64,000 nt of DNA from Candidatus Lambdaproteobacteria bacterium RIFOXYD2_FULL_56_26. GTDB taxonomy: Bacteria > SAR324 > XYD2-FULL-50-16. The notes under the pieces were generated by a model. It saw only the letters and a list, made by a program, of their open reading frames with translations. It was not told the DNA's origin and searched no databases. Both the position numbers and the translations under genes were made by a program. Location: assembly GCA_001783715.1 (NCBI GenBank), contig MFNF01000055.1:2849-66848 (forward strand), given 5' to 3'. Positions 18,269 to 27,486 of the stretch are shown in pieces. The stretch's first letter is position 1. Each line of letters opens with the position of its first letter.

Positions 18269-21200
18269 GTGAAGATCAAGAAGGGAACGGTTATTTTTTT
18301 GCTGCTTCTAGTCTCATTGTTGTGGGCAGAAGGTAAATACTTGGGGAGACTTTCTTCCTCCGTTGCCTGGCAGACCATGTTGTTCTTGGATCAGATCGAT
18401 CAAAATCGGTTTGGTTTCGATTCTTTTGAAGGGAGCTTCAAGCGTACTTGGGTTGGCCCAGGTGAAGAAGCACATCTGTCGCTCAGCCAAGCTTTGGTCG
18501 TCCAAGCGGGGCATCGTATTTCTCGGTTGTTTCATCGAACCGGAGAACAGATACCGATTCTGATGTACCAAATTCTGTTGGGAGGGCAACTGATCATCGG
18601 GGCCTTGTTGGTCTATTTTGCGGGGGGGGGGCGCTTAGGGACGGTGTTGGCTTTTTGGTTGGTTCTGTTGGTCATGCCTTGGAATCTGATTCCAATCTAT
18701 CCTCTGACTGAAAAGCCTTTGTCGGCCCTATTGGTGTTGGTCATTTTCGGAGTGATGAGCTTGGTTTCGGTCTGGCCAAAGCGGGCATGGATATTCGCCC
18801 TGATGGCTGCCCATGTAGCAGGGTTCTATGTTTGGAGCGAAACCGGGAGCATGCCCGTAATTTTGAGTTTTATGATTGCAGCCACCTACTGGTGGTCCAG
18901 ATCGCAAGAAGAAAAACAGGCCCAAGGAATTTTTGTCCTTTTTTTTGGGCTGGTTTGTTTTGGTTTCATGGCAGTTTTTTCCAAAGACCTCAGTAACCTG
19001 TTGTTCTTCCAGCAGACAGGCGATCTCCCTTTTACCGAAGTCCTTGGTATTCCCTCGGCTTTATTGATGATAATGGGCTTGGGTTGCCTCATGCCTTTGG
19101 CTGCGATCCCCTGGAAACAGCCGAATCTCAGGGAGACCTTAAAATGGAGGGTTTTTGTTTCCGGGGTGATCTTGATTGTACTGGTAGTAATAGGCAAGGG
19201 ATTTTCAGGCCTCAAGGGTGATGAAAGCGGGCTTTACTCGGTACTGCCGCTTTTTTTGGTGGTCTCTCTGGTGGGTTGGAGTTTCTTGTTCCAAGGGCTT
19301 CAAAGACCTATGCAAGCCCTGTTGGGATTGGTCTTGGTCTTGCTGCTGGCTGGGGTCGGGTGGGAGGGTTACCAAGCAATCCGCTTCATGCAGGTTTACC
19401 GCAATTTGGAAGAAATCCGAAAGTTGGCTCAGGTCTCTGTCCCTGTGGAACCTGCCAAAATATTGGACCTTTTGATACAGCCAAACGGTGCACCTGAATT
19501 TTCCTATCAATTGACCCAAAGCGTCTATAACGATCTTGTAGGAAAAAATGAACATTATCATCATTTTGCTCCTTTGGTCGGCAAAACCTTTGAGACTAAA
19601 AAGGCTTTTGTTGCCGCACTCAATGGGTTGGACTCCAGTGGACTTTGGGCCAAGAAAGTTGAAGTCAGCCCCAGTTCATTGGAAATCGGTAGCCGGCGGG
19701 ATTATCCCGGGAACAACCTAGAGTCGATCGAACTCCCCAAAGGGCAAGCCGAAACCTGTTGGTCCATGTGTTTGGTTAAAGAAGGATGCGAAGGTGTCAC
19801 GTATGAATGGAACCTGGGATTTGGACGGTCTCGGTGTAACCTAAAAAGTGTGCTGCCCACCCATTCAACGCCCAACGGCTGCTGCCTTTCGGTGCCGGTA
19901 GGGGAAATGCAAGTCGCTATATTGACGGATTCAAGCCAGTGGAATCAAGCGATATCAAGGCTTAAAAGAGCAGCCAACCTGGACTGGGGGGATGAAAAAT
20001 CCATCGCTTCTGTTTTGGCTGATTTCCCTTCCCCGTTGGTGATGGCTTTGACAAAAAAAACCAGCAGTACATCGGAGTTGCCCAGGCTGGTCGCAATGGA
20101 AACCGATCCCCAAAAAAGAGTGATCCAGCAGTCGATCAAGCCACTTTCGGCTACTTTTCTTAGCCCTCCCGAACTTTTGGCACTGGGGCATCAGCATCGG
20201 CCTTTTGTCCTGCTCAAGTCCTTCAACCACCAAACTTTTAATAGCCCCGCCTTTATGGCCGAGGAGAGGAAGATTTATCTCCTGGAGGTGGCTCGGTACA
20301 AAGACCAGCGTTTAAGCCAGTTGCGGCGGTTCTCGAACGTCAGGCCCTATGGTCCTGTTCCCAAAAACCAGTGGTGGGTAGTTCCCCAGGGGAGCATCCC
20401 CCACAGTTGGTTTAAGGAACAGCACTTGGGCTATGGATTTTACAAGCCGACAATGGACAAGTTCAAGGGGAACGCTCGGTTTAAGAGTCTCCAATGGTCA
20501 GATTCTGTCAATGGGGCTTCCATGTCCACCCAAGCTTTTTTTTCCAAACTTGAAAGGCTGAAGGAACAGGTTTTCCCCAACTCCCGGTTGTTGATGGAAG
20601 CTGCGTTCAAAGGGGCAGGCCTTTGGTCTATTGAGCCCCAGTTGGATTATCCGAACCAACAACTCTCCTCGGTCGAACTCCCGGCCAACAGCGAAATCCT
20701 TTGCCGCCAAACCTGTGCTGCAGAGCAGGGTTGCGTGGCCTATACCTATGAGCCAAAAATCATCGAAACCCCTGGGGCCTCCCGGTGCAACCTCAAAAAG
20801 GCGGCCTATATAGCGGTCTCTAACCATTGCTGTTCCAGTGGACAAAAAGTACAGTCCTGGGTTGACCAATACAGCGACTTAACTGCGGAATTGGAGGGGC
20901 TACTCCGCCGCTACGCTACCGAGCCGGTAAGTTCGCCGCAGGAGTTGTTGGCACAGTTGGAAGCAGACTGGGGCAAGCCTCTTCCTGAAGTGATCAGGCA
21001 AAAAATTACGAACGCTCTCACCCCCGCAGTGTTCGGCTTGGAAGAAAACATAAACCAGAGACAGATCGAAAACGCCGAAGTGCTCAAGGGAGTCAGCCTG
21101 CTGCTGGTCAAGGCCGAGGAAATTCCCGGTTTGAGAAAAAAACTTAAGACCTTTGACTTGGTCTTGGATTGGCGGAGGTATCCCACTTTATTCCGTCTGA

Positions 21201-21796
21201 CCTACCCGGCCTACAAAGAGTTTTACCAAGCCTTTGGGGAGCGGTCTGAAAATGATTACGTGGAAATGAACCTGCCCAGTTACCGCAATTACCAATTGGC
21301 GAATGCGGAGGAAGTAAAAAACACCCTTGCCACTACTTTTTTGGGCTGGTTGAGCAGCGCAGAAAGTAAGTTTATTTGGGACAAAAGCCCCTTTTCCTTT
21401 GGTTCCGCAGGGTTGGAGTCTGTATCGGCCCCCTATTGGCCTTTGGACTATGAAGTAGGCTTATTGCGTTTGAGCCAGGATTCGTTGGAGCGTTTGAGGA
21501 AAGACCCTGCTCTTGGGGGCTTGGCACCCGATTTGGGCGACTTGGTGGGGAAAACCTACCCCAACCCGGAATCCTTGTTGGGTGTCTTGGAAAGCAAATG
21601 GGGCGAGGCAAAAGCTCTTTGGACCTACAGCCTGTTGCTTCCCTATTGGTTGGAGGAAAACCCCAAAATTCTCGGCTCCAAAAGCGTTTATAGCCTTTCG
21701 ACTTGGTACCGGAGTTTCCGTCGGACCCTGTCGTTGGGAAGCACGCCCAACCGGGGTCGAGAAGAGATCGAGGTTTTGATCTACCGGCCCCAATGA
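18269..21796 (+). CDS. 1175-aa protein: N-terminal ~11-12 TM domain plus a large extracytoplasmic region with two PAN/Apple-like Cys-rich modules
   Basis: GTG start with AAGGAGGGA upstream. About 400 aa of TM helices are followed by a soluble region with an internal repeat carrying C-x3-C-x5-C...C-x-L-K...CC patterns. Confidence 0.75.
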   Translation: MKIKKGTVIFLLLLVSLLWAEGKYLGRLSSSVAWQTMLFLDQIDQNRFGFDSFEGSFKRTWVGPGEEAHLSLSQALVVQAGHRISRLFHRTGEQIPILMYQILLGGQLIIGALLVYFAGGGRLGTVLAFWLVLLVMPWNLIPIYPLTEKPLSALLVLVIFGVMSLVSVWPKRAWIFALMAAHVAGFYVWSETGSMPVILSFMIAATYWWSRSQEEKQAQGIFVLFFGLVCFGFMAVFSKDLSNLLFFQQTGDLPFTEVLGIPSALLMIMGLGCLMPLAAIPWKQPNLRETLKWRVFVSGVILIVLVVIGKGFSGLKGDESGLYSVLPLFLVVSLVGWSFLFQGLQRPMQALLGLVLVLLLAGVGWEGYQAIRFMQVYRNLEEIRKLAQVSVPVEPAKILDLLIQPNGAPEFSYQLTQSVYNDLVGKNEHYHHFAPLVGKTFETKKAFVAALNGLDSSGLWAKKVEVSPSSLEIGSRRDYPGNNLESIELPKGQAETCWSMCLVKEGCEGVTYEWNLGFGRSRCNLKSVLPTHSTPNGCCLSVPVGEMQVAILTDSSQWNQAISRLKRAANLDWGDEKSIASVLADFPSPLVMALTKKTSSTSELPRLVAMETDPQKRVIQQSIKPLSATFLSPPELLALGHQHRPFVLLKSFNHQTFNSPAFMAEERKIYLLEVARYKDQRLSQLRRFSNVRPYGPVPKNQWWVVPQGSIPHSWFKEQHLGYGFYKPTMDKFKGNARFKSLQWSDSVNGASMSTQAFFSKLERLKEQVFPNSRLLMEAAFKGAGLWSIEPQLDYPNQQLSSVELPANSEILCRQTCAAEQGCVAYTYEPKIIETPGASRCNLKKAAYIAVSNHCCSSGQKVQSWVDQYSDLTAELEGLLRRYATEPVSSPQELLAQLEADWGKPLPEVIRQKITNALTPAVFGLEENINQRQIENAEVLKGVSLLLVKAEEIPGLRKKLKTFDLVLDWRRYPTLFRLTYPAYKEFYQAFGERSENDYVEMNLPSYRNYQLANAEEVKNTLATTFLGWLSSAESKFIWDKSPFSFGSAGLESVSAPYWPLDYEVGLLRLSQDSLERLRKDPALGGLAPDLGDLVGKTYPNPESLLGVLESKWGEAKALWTYSLLLPYWLEENPKILGSKSVYSLSTWYRSFRRTLSLGSTPNRGREEIEVLIYRPQ
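18622..18631 (+). repeat. G10 homopolymer inside the 5' part of the PAN-protein CDS
   Basis: Read directly: ...ttttgc GGGGGGGGGG cgctta..., encoding A-G-G-G (codons 118-121). Confidence 0.95.
19718..19891 (+). other. PAN/Apple-like module 1 (domain within 18269-21796)
   Basis: LESIELPKGQAETCWSMCLVKEGCEGVTYEWNLGFGRSRCNLKSVLPTHSTPNGCCLS; Cys spacing C-x3-C-x5-C-x15-C-x14-CC. Confidence 0.55.
20663..20839 (+). other. PAN/Apple-like module 2 (domain within 18269-21796)
   Basis: LSSVELPANSEILCRQTCAAEQGCVAYTYEPKIIETPGASRCNLKKAAYIAVSNHCCSS; Cys spacing C-x3-C-x5-C-x17-C-x13-CC. Collinear with module 1, including the preceding GLW...DYP..N.L.S.ELP. Confidence 0.55.
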
Positions 21797-21808
21797 GCGA
21801 GAGACGGG

Positions 21809-21837
21809 TTTACAAATTGAGGACCGGCGGCTATCCT
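21809..21837 (+). promoter_or_regulatory. Candidate sigma70-type promoter upstream of the SDR/GT4 block
   Basis: TTTACA (21809-21814), 17 nt spacer, TATCCT (21832-21837), 47 nt upstream of ATG 21885. Pattern match only. Confidence 0.3.
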
Positions 21838-21884
21838 TGGGCAAAATCGGACGGCTTGGATGTAGGCCTTTTGTCAGGTAGGGA

Positions 21885-22949
21885 ATGAGGAATTTTTTGA
21901 TCACCGGAGGCTGTGGCTTTGTCGGCTCCTCTTTGGCGTTGAGCCTCAAGGCAAAAGACCCCACCAGACGGGTCTTGGCGCTGGACAACCTCAAGCGCCG
22001 GGGCAGCGAGCTCAACCTGCCTCGCCTCAAGGCGGCCGGGGTGGAGTTTGTCCATGGGGACATCCGTAACCAAGAGGACCTGGAGGCGGTCGGTGAGGTG
22101 GACCTGTTGCTGGAATGTTCCGCCGAGCCTTCGGTTCTGGCCGGCCTGACCGGCAGCCCCGCCTATGTGATCAACACCAACCTGATGGGCACCCTCAACT
22201 GCCTGGAGCTGGCCCGGCAAAGAAACGCCGCCTTTTTGTTTTTCTCGACCAGCCGGGTTTATCCGATGGCCGGTTTGGGAGAGGTGAAGCTGACCGAGCG
22301 GACCACCCGTTTTGAGCTCGACGAGGTCCAAGACCAACCGGGCCTCAGCGGCAAAGGGGTGAGCGAGTCTTATGGCCTGGAGGGGGCCCGGTCGATTTAC
22401 GGGGCCACCAAACTGGCTTCGGAACTGATGATTCATGAATATGTCGAAGCCTTTGGCCTCAAGGCGCTGATCAACCGCTGCGGGGTCCTGACCGGCCCTT
22501 GGCAGTTCGGCAAGCAGGACCAAGGGGTGGTGGTCTTGTGGGCCGCCCGGCACCACTTTGAAGGCAAGTTGGGTTACTTCGGTTACGGCGGAGAGGGCAA
22601 GCAGGTGCGGGATATTTTGCACGTCCAGGACCTCTACCGGCTGGTGGAACTGCAATTGGGCCGGTTGGACCAATGGCGGGGACAGGTTTACAACGTCGGC
22701 GGGGGCCGGGAAGTGAGCGTCTCCTTGGCCGAACTGACCGCCCTTTGCCAAGCAGCAACCGGCAAGAAGATACCCCTGGGCTCGGTGCCGGAAAACCGGG
22801 TGGCCGACATTCCCTTGTACCTGACCGACAATTCCAAGGTTACCGCCGCTACCGGCTGGCGGCCTCAAATCGGCCCGGAACAGATCGTTAATGAAATTGC
22901 TTTGTGGATCAAAAACAACGAAACCCTTTTGGCGGGAGTCCTGCAATGA
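21885..22949 (+). CDS. NAD-dependent epimerase/dehydratase (extended SDR; CDP-paratose-2-epimerase-like N-terminus)
   Basis: [21 protein letters not shown]...[13 protein letters not shown]...[14 protein letters not shown], and a YGATK catalytic motif. Confidence 0.85.
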   Translation: MRNFLITGGCGFVGSSLALSLKAKDPTRRVLALDNLKRRGSELNLPRLKAAGVEFVHGDIRNQEDLEAVGEVDLLLECSAEPSVLAGLTGSPAYVINTNLMGTLNCLELARQRNAAFLFFSTSRVYPMAGLGEVKLTERTTRFELDEVQDQPGLSGKGVSESYGLEGARSIYGATKLASELMIHEYVEAFGLKALINRCGVLTGPWQFGKQDQGVVVLWAARHHFEGKLGYFGYGGEGKQVRDILHVQDLYRLVELQLGRLDQWRGQVYNVGGGREVSVSLAELTALCQAATGKKIPLGSVPENRVADIPLYLTDNSKVTAATGWRPQIGPEQIVNEIALWIKNNETLLAGVLQ

Positions 22950-24007
22950 AGATTGTTTTAGTTACCGGTTCGGGCGGGTTGATCGGCAGCCAAGCGGTGG
23001 AATTTTTCTCCGAGAAATTTGACCTGGTGGTGGGTGTTGACAACGACATGCGCAAGGAATTTTTTGGCCCCGATGCCTCCACCGCCTGGAACTCAAAACG
23101 CTTGGCCGAACGGATCTCCAACTTCAAGCCCTACAACGCCGACATTCGGGACGAAAAGGGGATGGATAGGATCTTTGCCGAATATGGTACGGACATCGCC
23201 CTGATCATCCACGCCGCCGCTCAACCCAGCCACGACTGGGCCGCCAAGGACCCCTTCAAGGACTTTACGGTCAACGCCAATGGCACCTTGGTGATGTTGG
23301 AGATGACCAGGAAACATTGCCCCGGAGCGGTCTTTGTTTTTACTTCCACCAACAAGGTTTATGGGGATACCCCCAACTCGCTGCCTTTGGTGGAGTTGGA
23401 AGACCGCTGGGAAATCGACCAAAGCCATCCCTACTTCAAACATGGGATCGACGAGTTGATGAGCATCGACCAAACCAAACACAGCCTGTTTGGGGCCAGC
23501 AAGGTCGCCGCTGATGTGGTGGTCCAAGAGTATGGCCGTTATTTTGGGATGAAAACCGGGGTTTTCCGGGGCGGTTGTCTGACCGGGCCCAAACACAGCG
23601 GGACCCAGTTGCATGGCTTCCTGAGTTATCTGGTCAAGTGCGCCATCACCGGGGACCATTACACCGTCTTTGGTTACAAGGGCAAACAGGTACGGGACAA
23701 CATCCACTCCTGGGACTTGGTCAACATGTTCTGGCACTTCTACCAAAACCCACGGCCTGGAGAGGTTTACAACGCCGGTGGGGCGAGGCATTCCAACTGT
23801 TCGATGAAGGAAGCCATTGCCGTTTGTGAGAAGATGACCGGCAAAAAGATGAACTACAGCTATTCGGAAACCAACCGGGTCGGAGATCACATCTGGTGGA
23901 TCAGTGATGTCAACAAGTTCAAGGCCCATTATCCGGGCTGGAACTTCAAGTATGACCTCAACGACATCCTCTCCCAGATCCACGAAGAGATGAGCAAGAG
24001 AGCCTAG
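22946..24007 (+). CDS. NAD-dependent epimerase/dehydratase (extended SDR)
   Basis: ATG 22946 overlaps the upstream TGA (ATGA). [21 protein letters not shown]...[11 protein letters not shown]...FGASKVAAD. Confidence 0.85.
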   Translation: MKIVLVTGSGGLIGSQAVEFFSEKFDLVVGVDNDMRKEFFGPDASTAWNSKRLAERISNFKPYNADIRDEKGMDRIFAEYGTDIALIIHAAAQPSHDWAAKDPFKDFTVNANGTLVMLEMTRKHCPGAVFVFTSTNKVYGDTPNSLPLVELEDRWEIDQSHPYFKHGIDELMSIDQTKHSLFGASKVAADVVVQEYGRYFGMKTGVFRGGCLTGPKHSGTQLHGFLSYLVKCAITGDHYTVFGYKGKQVRDNIHSWDLVNMFWHFYQNPRPGEVYNAGGARHSNCSMKEAIAVCEKMTGKKMNYSYSETNRVGDHIWWISDVNKFKAHYPGWNFKYDLNDILSQIHEEMSKRA

Positions 24008-24008
24008 C

Positions 24009-25187
24009 TTGAAGGTCCTGGTCCTCAACCACAATCAGGAGAATTTCGGGACTTACTACCGCTGCCTCTTCCATTCCCGGCACCTTGCCCGCCGGGGCCA
24101 CGAGGTGCTGATGCTCTGCGCCTCGGGCAGTACCTTGGATCCTCTGATTCGGACCAAGGAGCTGGAGAAGGGGCTCAAGATCATGACTTTGCCCAGGGTT
24201 AAGTACGGCCAATATTTCTCCGGCCAAATGGCCCGCAGCCTCCCGGCCCTGGCCCAGGTGTTATTTGGGGACTACGAGGTTTGCCACGCCTTTACGGTGG
24301 CCCAGCCGCAAATCGCTTATCCCGCCTGGGCGGCTCGACGGCTTCGGGGCAAACGGCTGATTGTTGATTGGGACGATCTTTGGGGCGGAGGGTTTGCCGA
24401 AGCCCACGCTGGACTGATCAGCCGGGTGTTGGGCTGGCACGAACGGTACTTCCTCCAACCGGCCCACCACATTACCTATGTTTCTAAAAAGATCGGCGAC
24501 GAGATCGAAAAGGCGGCGGAACGATATCCGGCCATTGCCCGGATCCCCAAAACCCTGATCCCCAACGGAGCCAACACCGAAGGGATTCGGCCTCTGGACC
24601 AGCAAGCCTGCCGCCGCCAACTGGGGATTGATCCCCAGGCCAAAATTTTGGTTTCCATGGCCAACACCTACACCGAATCGCTCCAGTTGATGCTGGAGGC
24701 CTTTCTCTTGGCCTTGGAGACGGAACCGGAACTCAAGCTATATCTGGTTGGCGAGGCCCCGATTCCCGAAGCCTACCAAGACCTGTTCCAAAAGGTGCAG
24801 CACCGTACGGTCCGGGTCGGCAAGGTGCCTTTTGCCCAGGTGCCCTTTTACCTGGGGGCCGCCGATGCCTTGGTCCTGCCGATGGAGGACAACCCCATCG
24901 AAGAGGCCCGGTTCCCCATGCGGTTTGGGGATTACCTTGCTTCGGGCAGGCCAGTGGTCAGCAACGCCGTGGGGGAGGTGAAGCGGTATCTCAACGAATA
25001 TGAAGCCGGGTTGGTGTCCCCTCCTTCGGACCCCAAGGGCTTGGCCGAGAATCTGGTTAAAGTGGTGCAAGACCCGGAACTGGCCCGGCAGTGTGGAGCC
25101 CGTGCCAGAGCGCTGGCCGAAGGACCGCTCAATTGGGATCAGGTGATCGACCAAGTGGAGCGGATCTACCGAGGCGAAAAGGGATGA
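24009..25187 (+). CDS. Family 4 (GT-B) glycosyltransferase
   Basis: MKVLVLNHNQ...RGHEV and a C-terminal GT1/GT4-type region (LVLPMEDNPIEEARFPMRFGDYLASGRPVVSNAVGE). TTG start 1 nt after the upstream stop. Confidence 0.8.
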   Translation: MKVLVLNHNQENFGTYYRCLFHSRHLARRGHEVLMLCASGSTLDPLIRTKELEKGLKIMTLPRVKYGQYFSGQMARSLPALAQVLFGDYEVCHAFTVAQPQIAYPAWAARRLRGKRLIVDWDDLWGGGFAEAHAGLISRVLGWHERYFLQPAHHITYVSKKIGDEIEKAAERYPAIARIPKTLIPNGANTEGIRPLDQQACRRQLGIDPQAKILVSMANTYTESLQLMLEAFLLALETEPELKLYLVGEAPIPEAYQDLFQKVQHRTVRVGKVPFAQVPFYLGAADALVLPMEDNPIEEARFPMRFGDYLASGRPVVSNAVGEVKRYLNEYEAGLVSPPSDPKGLAENLVKVVQDPELARQCGARARALAEGPLNWDQVIDQVERIYRGEKG

Positions 25188-26374
25188 AAATTTTTATGCC
25201 CGCCCTGGGCCGGGTGAACACCCAAAACCGGGACGGCAGCGAGGTGCGGACCACCGAGATCCTCAAACGCTGGCTCCAGCAGGGGGTCCAGGTGGACTGC
25301 CTGCTGCCCAAGCGGCAGGTCCGGGTCTTTGAGTCCCAAGGGTTACTGGGCCTGAAATACCAACTTCTGCCCGACCCCACCGAATCGGAAAGCGAACACC
25401 TGGGCAACGTCCTTTTCCTTTACCTGACCCGGATGGTCAAAGGCATGTTCGCCTCTTTTGCACGGGACTACCAGGTGATCTACGGCCCTTCGGATTTTCT
25501 GGTGGACCTGCTGCCTGCCCTTGCCTGCCGGTCCAAAAATCCCCAAGCCAAACTGGTGGTCTGCCTGTTTCTGGTCGCCCCTAAACCTTGGCGGGGCTAT
25601 GAAGGCCATTATTCCGGGAAGCTCAAACGGCCCAGCTTGCGGGGCCTATTGTATTATTTCACCCAAAGGCTGGCCATTGGCCTGATCCGGGGGTTTGGGG
25701 GCACTTTTCTGGTGCTCAACAACCAGGACAACCAGGCCTTGGTCGAGGCAGGTTGCCGCCCTGAAAGCGTTAAGACGGTGCCCATGGGGGTAGATGTCTC
25801 CTTGTACAAAGCCCCGGCGGACCAAGCGGAGCCTTTGCTCGATGGGCTGTTTATCGGTCGGCTCCATCCCCAAAAGGGACTGCCGGACCTGCTTTTGGTC
25901 TGGCGGGCAGTGGTGGACCAAAGGCCAGGGGCCAAATTAGGTATCATCGGCGGCGGAAGTGAGGAGATGAAGGCTTGGCTGGAAAGCGAAACTCGGCGGC
26001 TGGGGCTGGTGGAGAATGTAGAATACTTGGGCTTTCGCCAAGGGGAGGAAAAAATCGGTTACCTCCACCGGTCCCGTTGTTTTTTGATGCCCAGCCACTA
26101 TGAGTCCTGGGGGATGACTGCGGTGGAAGCAATGGCCGCCGGTTTGCCGGTGGTGGCTTACGACTTGCCGGTGTTTCGGGAGATTTTCCCCCAAGGGATG
26201 ATCCAGGTCCCTTTCACCGACACAGGGGCCTTTGCCCAAAAGGTGCTAGAACTGCTGGAGGACCCGGCCTTGTGCACCCAGGTGGGGGCCTTGTCCCAAG
26301 CCTTTGCCGGCCAATTTGACTGGAGCCGGGTTGCGGCCGATGAGATGGCGATTTTGACCGCACCGGCACCATAG
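25184..26374 (+). CDS. Family 4 (GT-B) glycosyltransferase
   Basis: ATG 25184 overlaps the upstream TGA (ATGA). C-terminal motif FLMPSHYESWGMTAVEAMAAGLPVVAYDLPVFREI. Confidence 0.8.
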   Translation: MKIFMPALGRVNTQNRDGSEVRTTEILKRWLQQGVQVDCLLPKRQVRVFESQGLLGLKYQLLPDPTESESEHLGNVLFLYLTRMVKGMFASFARDYQVIYGPSDFLVDLLPALACRSKNPQAKLVVCLFLVAPKPWRGYEGHYSGKLKRPSLRGLLYYFTQRLAIGLIRGFGGTFLVLNNQDNQALVEAGCRPESVKTVPMGVDVSLYKAPADQAEPLLDGLFIGRLHPQKGLPDLLLVWRAVVDQRPGAKLGIIGGGSEEMKAWLESETRRLGLVENVEYLGFRQGEEKIGYLHRSRCFLMPSHYESWGMTAVEAMAAGLPVVAYDLPVFREIFPQGMIQVPFTDTGAFAQKVLELLEDPALCTQVGALSQAFAGQFDWSRVAADEMAILTAPAP

Positions 26375-26380
26375 GTAAAG

Positions 26381-26408
26381 TTGTCTGGACAAATCGGTCT
26401 ACTATACA
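26381..26408 (+). promoter_or_regulatory. Candidate promoter at the head of the low-GC block
   Basis: TTGTCT (26381-26386), 16 nt spacer, TATACA (26403-26408). Pattern match only. Confidence 0.25.
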
Positions 26409-26451
26409 TCATGGTCAGCGATGAAGGAGCGTCCCCCTGGGAACTCCAAGT

Positions 26452-27486
26452 GTGATCCTCGTAAAAAGGTCTTTGTTTAAACCTAAAATTCAAAAAGAAC
26501 CTTTGAAACTAATCATTCAAATTCCATGTCTCAATGAGGAAGAAACCCTTCAAAAGACATTGGAAGATTTGCCCAAAAAGCTTCCAGGGATAGATCAAAT
26601 TGAAATTTTGATCATAGACGATGGTTCTACTGATGGCACGGTAAAAAGGGCCATTGAGTTAGGAGTAGATCATGTGCTTTCGTTTCCCAATAATAAAGGC
26701 CTTGCGAGGGCTTTTTCAGCCGGATTACATGCTTGCATCTACTTAAACGCAGATATCATCGTTAACACTGATGCAGACAACCAATATTATGGAGGCGGTA
26801 TAAGTAAAATTGTGGAGCCCATCCTGAAGCACAAAGCTGATATGGTTATAGGCTGCCGCCCAATAAGTGAGATGTCAGAATTTTCTTTTTTAAAAAAGTG
26901 CTTGCAACGCTTGGGAAGCTTTATAGTACGGCAACTTTCCAATACAGACATTGCTGATGCCACTAGCGGGTTCCGGGCCTTTTCCAGGTACGCAGCATTG
27001 CGAATAAATGTGGTTTCGCAGTTTTCTTACACCCTGGAATCAATCATCCAGGCTGGTTCGCGCTCCATTACCATTGTGGGAGTCTCTATCTCTGTTAACC
27101 CCAAGACCAGAGAATCCAGGTTATTTAAAAGCAATTGGCAGTACATTGTAAAATCCATCAGCATTATGTTACGCCTGTCCACTCAATTTCGCCCGGCAAA
27201 AACCTTTTCCTTGGTCGGTGGTCTTTCTTTAGTGTCGGGGTTTTTGCTTGGTGTGCGATATCTTAATTTCTTCTTTACGGGCAGTCCTTCTGGCCATGAG
27301 CAATCCAGTATTTTATCGGCCATCTTGTTACTGTTCGGAGGCTTTTCTTTTTTGGCTGGCCTGCTAGCTGATCAAATTGGGGCAAATCGCCAATTGATCG
27401 AAGAAGTGATTGCATTACAGCGGGATCAATACCGACAAAGCCAGGGCTACCAGATTCCATATTTAATATATTCAAGGCCTAAGTGA
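26452..27486 (+). CDS. Polyprenyl-phosphate glycosyltransferase (GT2; DPM1/GtrB/ArnC-like with two C-terminal TM helices)
   Basis: LKLIIQIPCLNEEETL...ILIIDDGSTDGT...NKGLARAF...NTDADNQY...ATSGFRAFSR, then two TM helices. The start is uncertain. Candidates are GTG 26452, TTG 26503, or an in-frame CTG 26437 that sits 7 nt after a GAAGGAG box. Confidence 0.85.
   Translation: MILVKRSLFKPKIQKEPLKLIIQIPCLNEEETLQKTLEDLPKKLPGIDQIEILIIDDGSTDGTVKRAIELGVDHVLSFPNNKGLARAFSAGLHACIYLNADIIVNTDADNQYYGGGISKIVEPILKHKADMVIGCRPISEMSEFSFLKKCLQRLGSFIVRQLSNTDIADATSGFRAFSRYAALRINVVSQFSYTLESIIQAGSRSITIVGVSISVNPKTRESRLFKSNWQYIVKSISIMLRLSTQFRPAKTFSLVGGLSLVSGFLLGVRYLNFFFTGSPSGHEQSSILSAILLLFGGFSFLAGLLADQIGANRQLIEEVIALQRDQYRQSQGYQIPYLIYSRPK

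Noticed and set aside
26410-26480. Two tiny ORFs (26410-26454 and 26421-26480) and a GAAGGAG box ahead of the polyprenyl-phosphate GT2
   Set aside because: The peptides are too short and featureless to call. The GAAGGAG box may instead serve an in-frame CTG 26437 start of the GT2 gene, which is noted as start uncertainty only.
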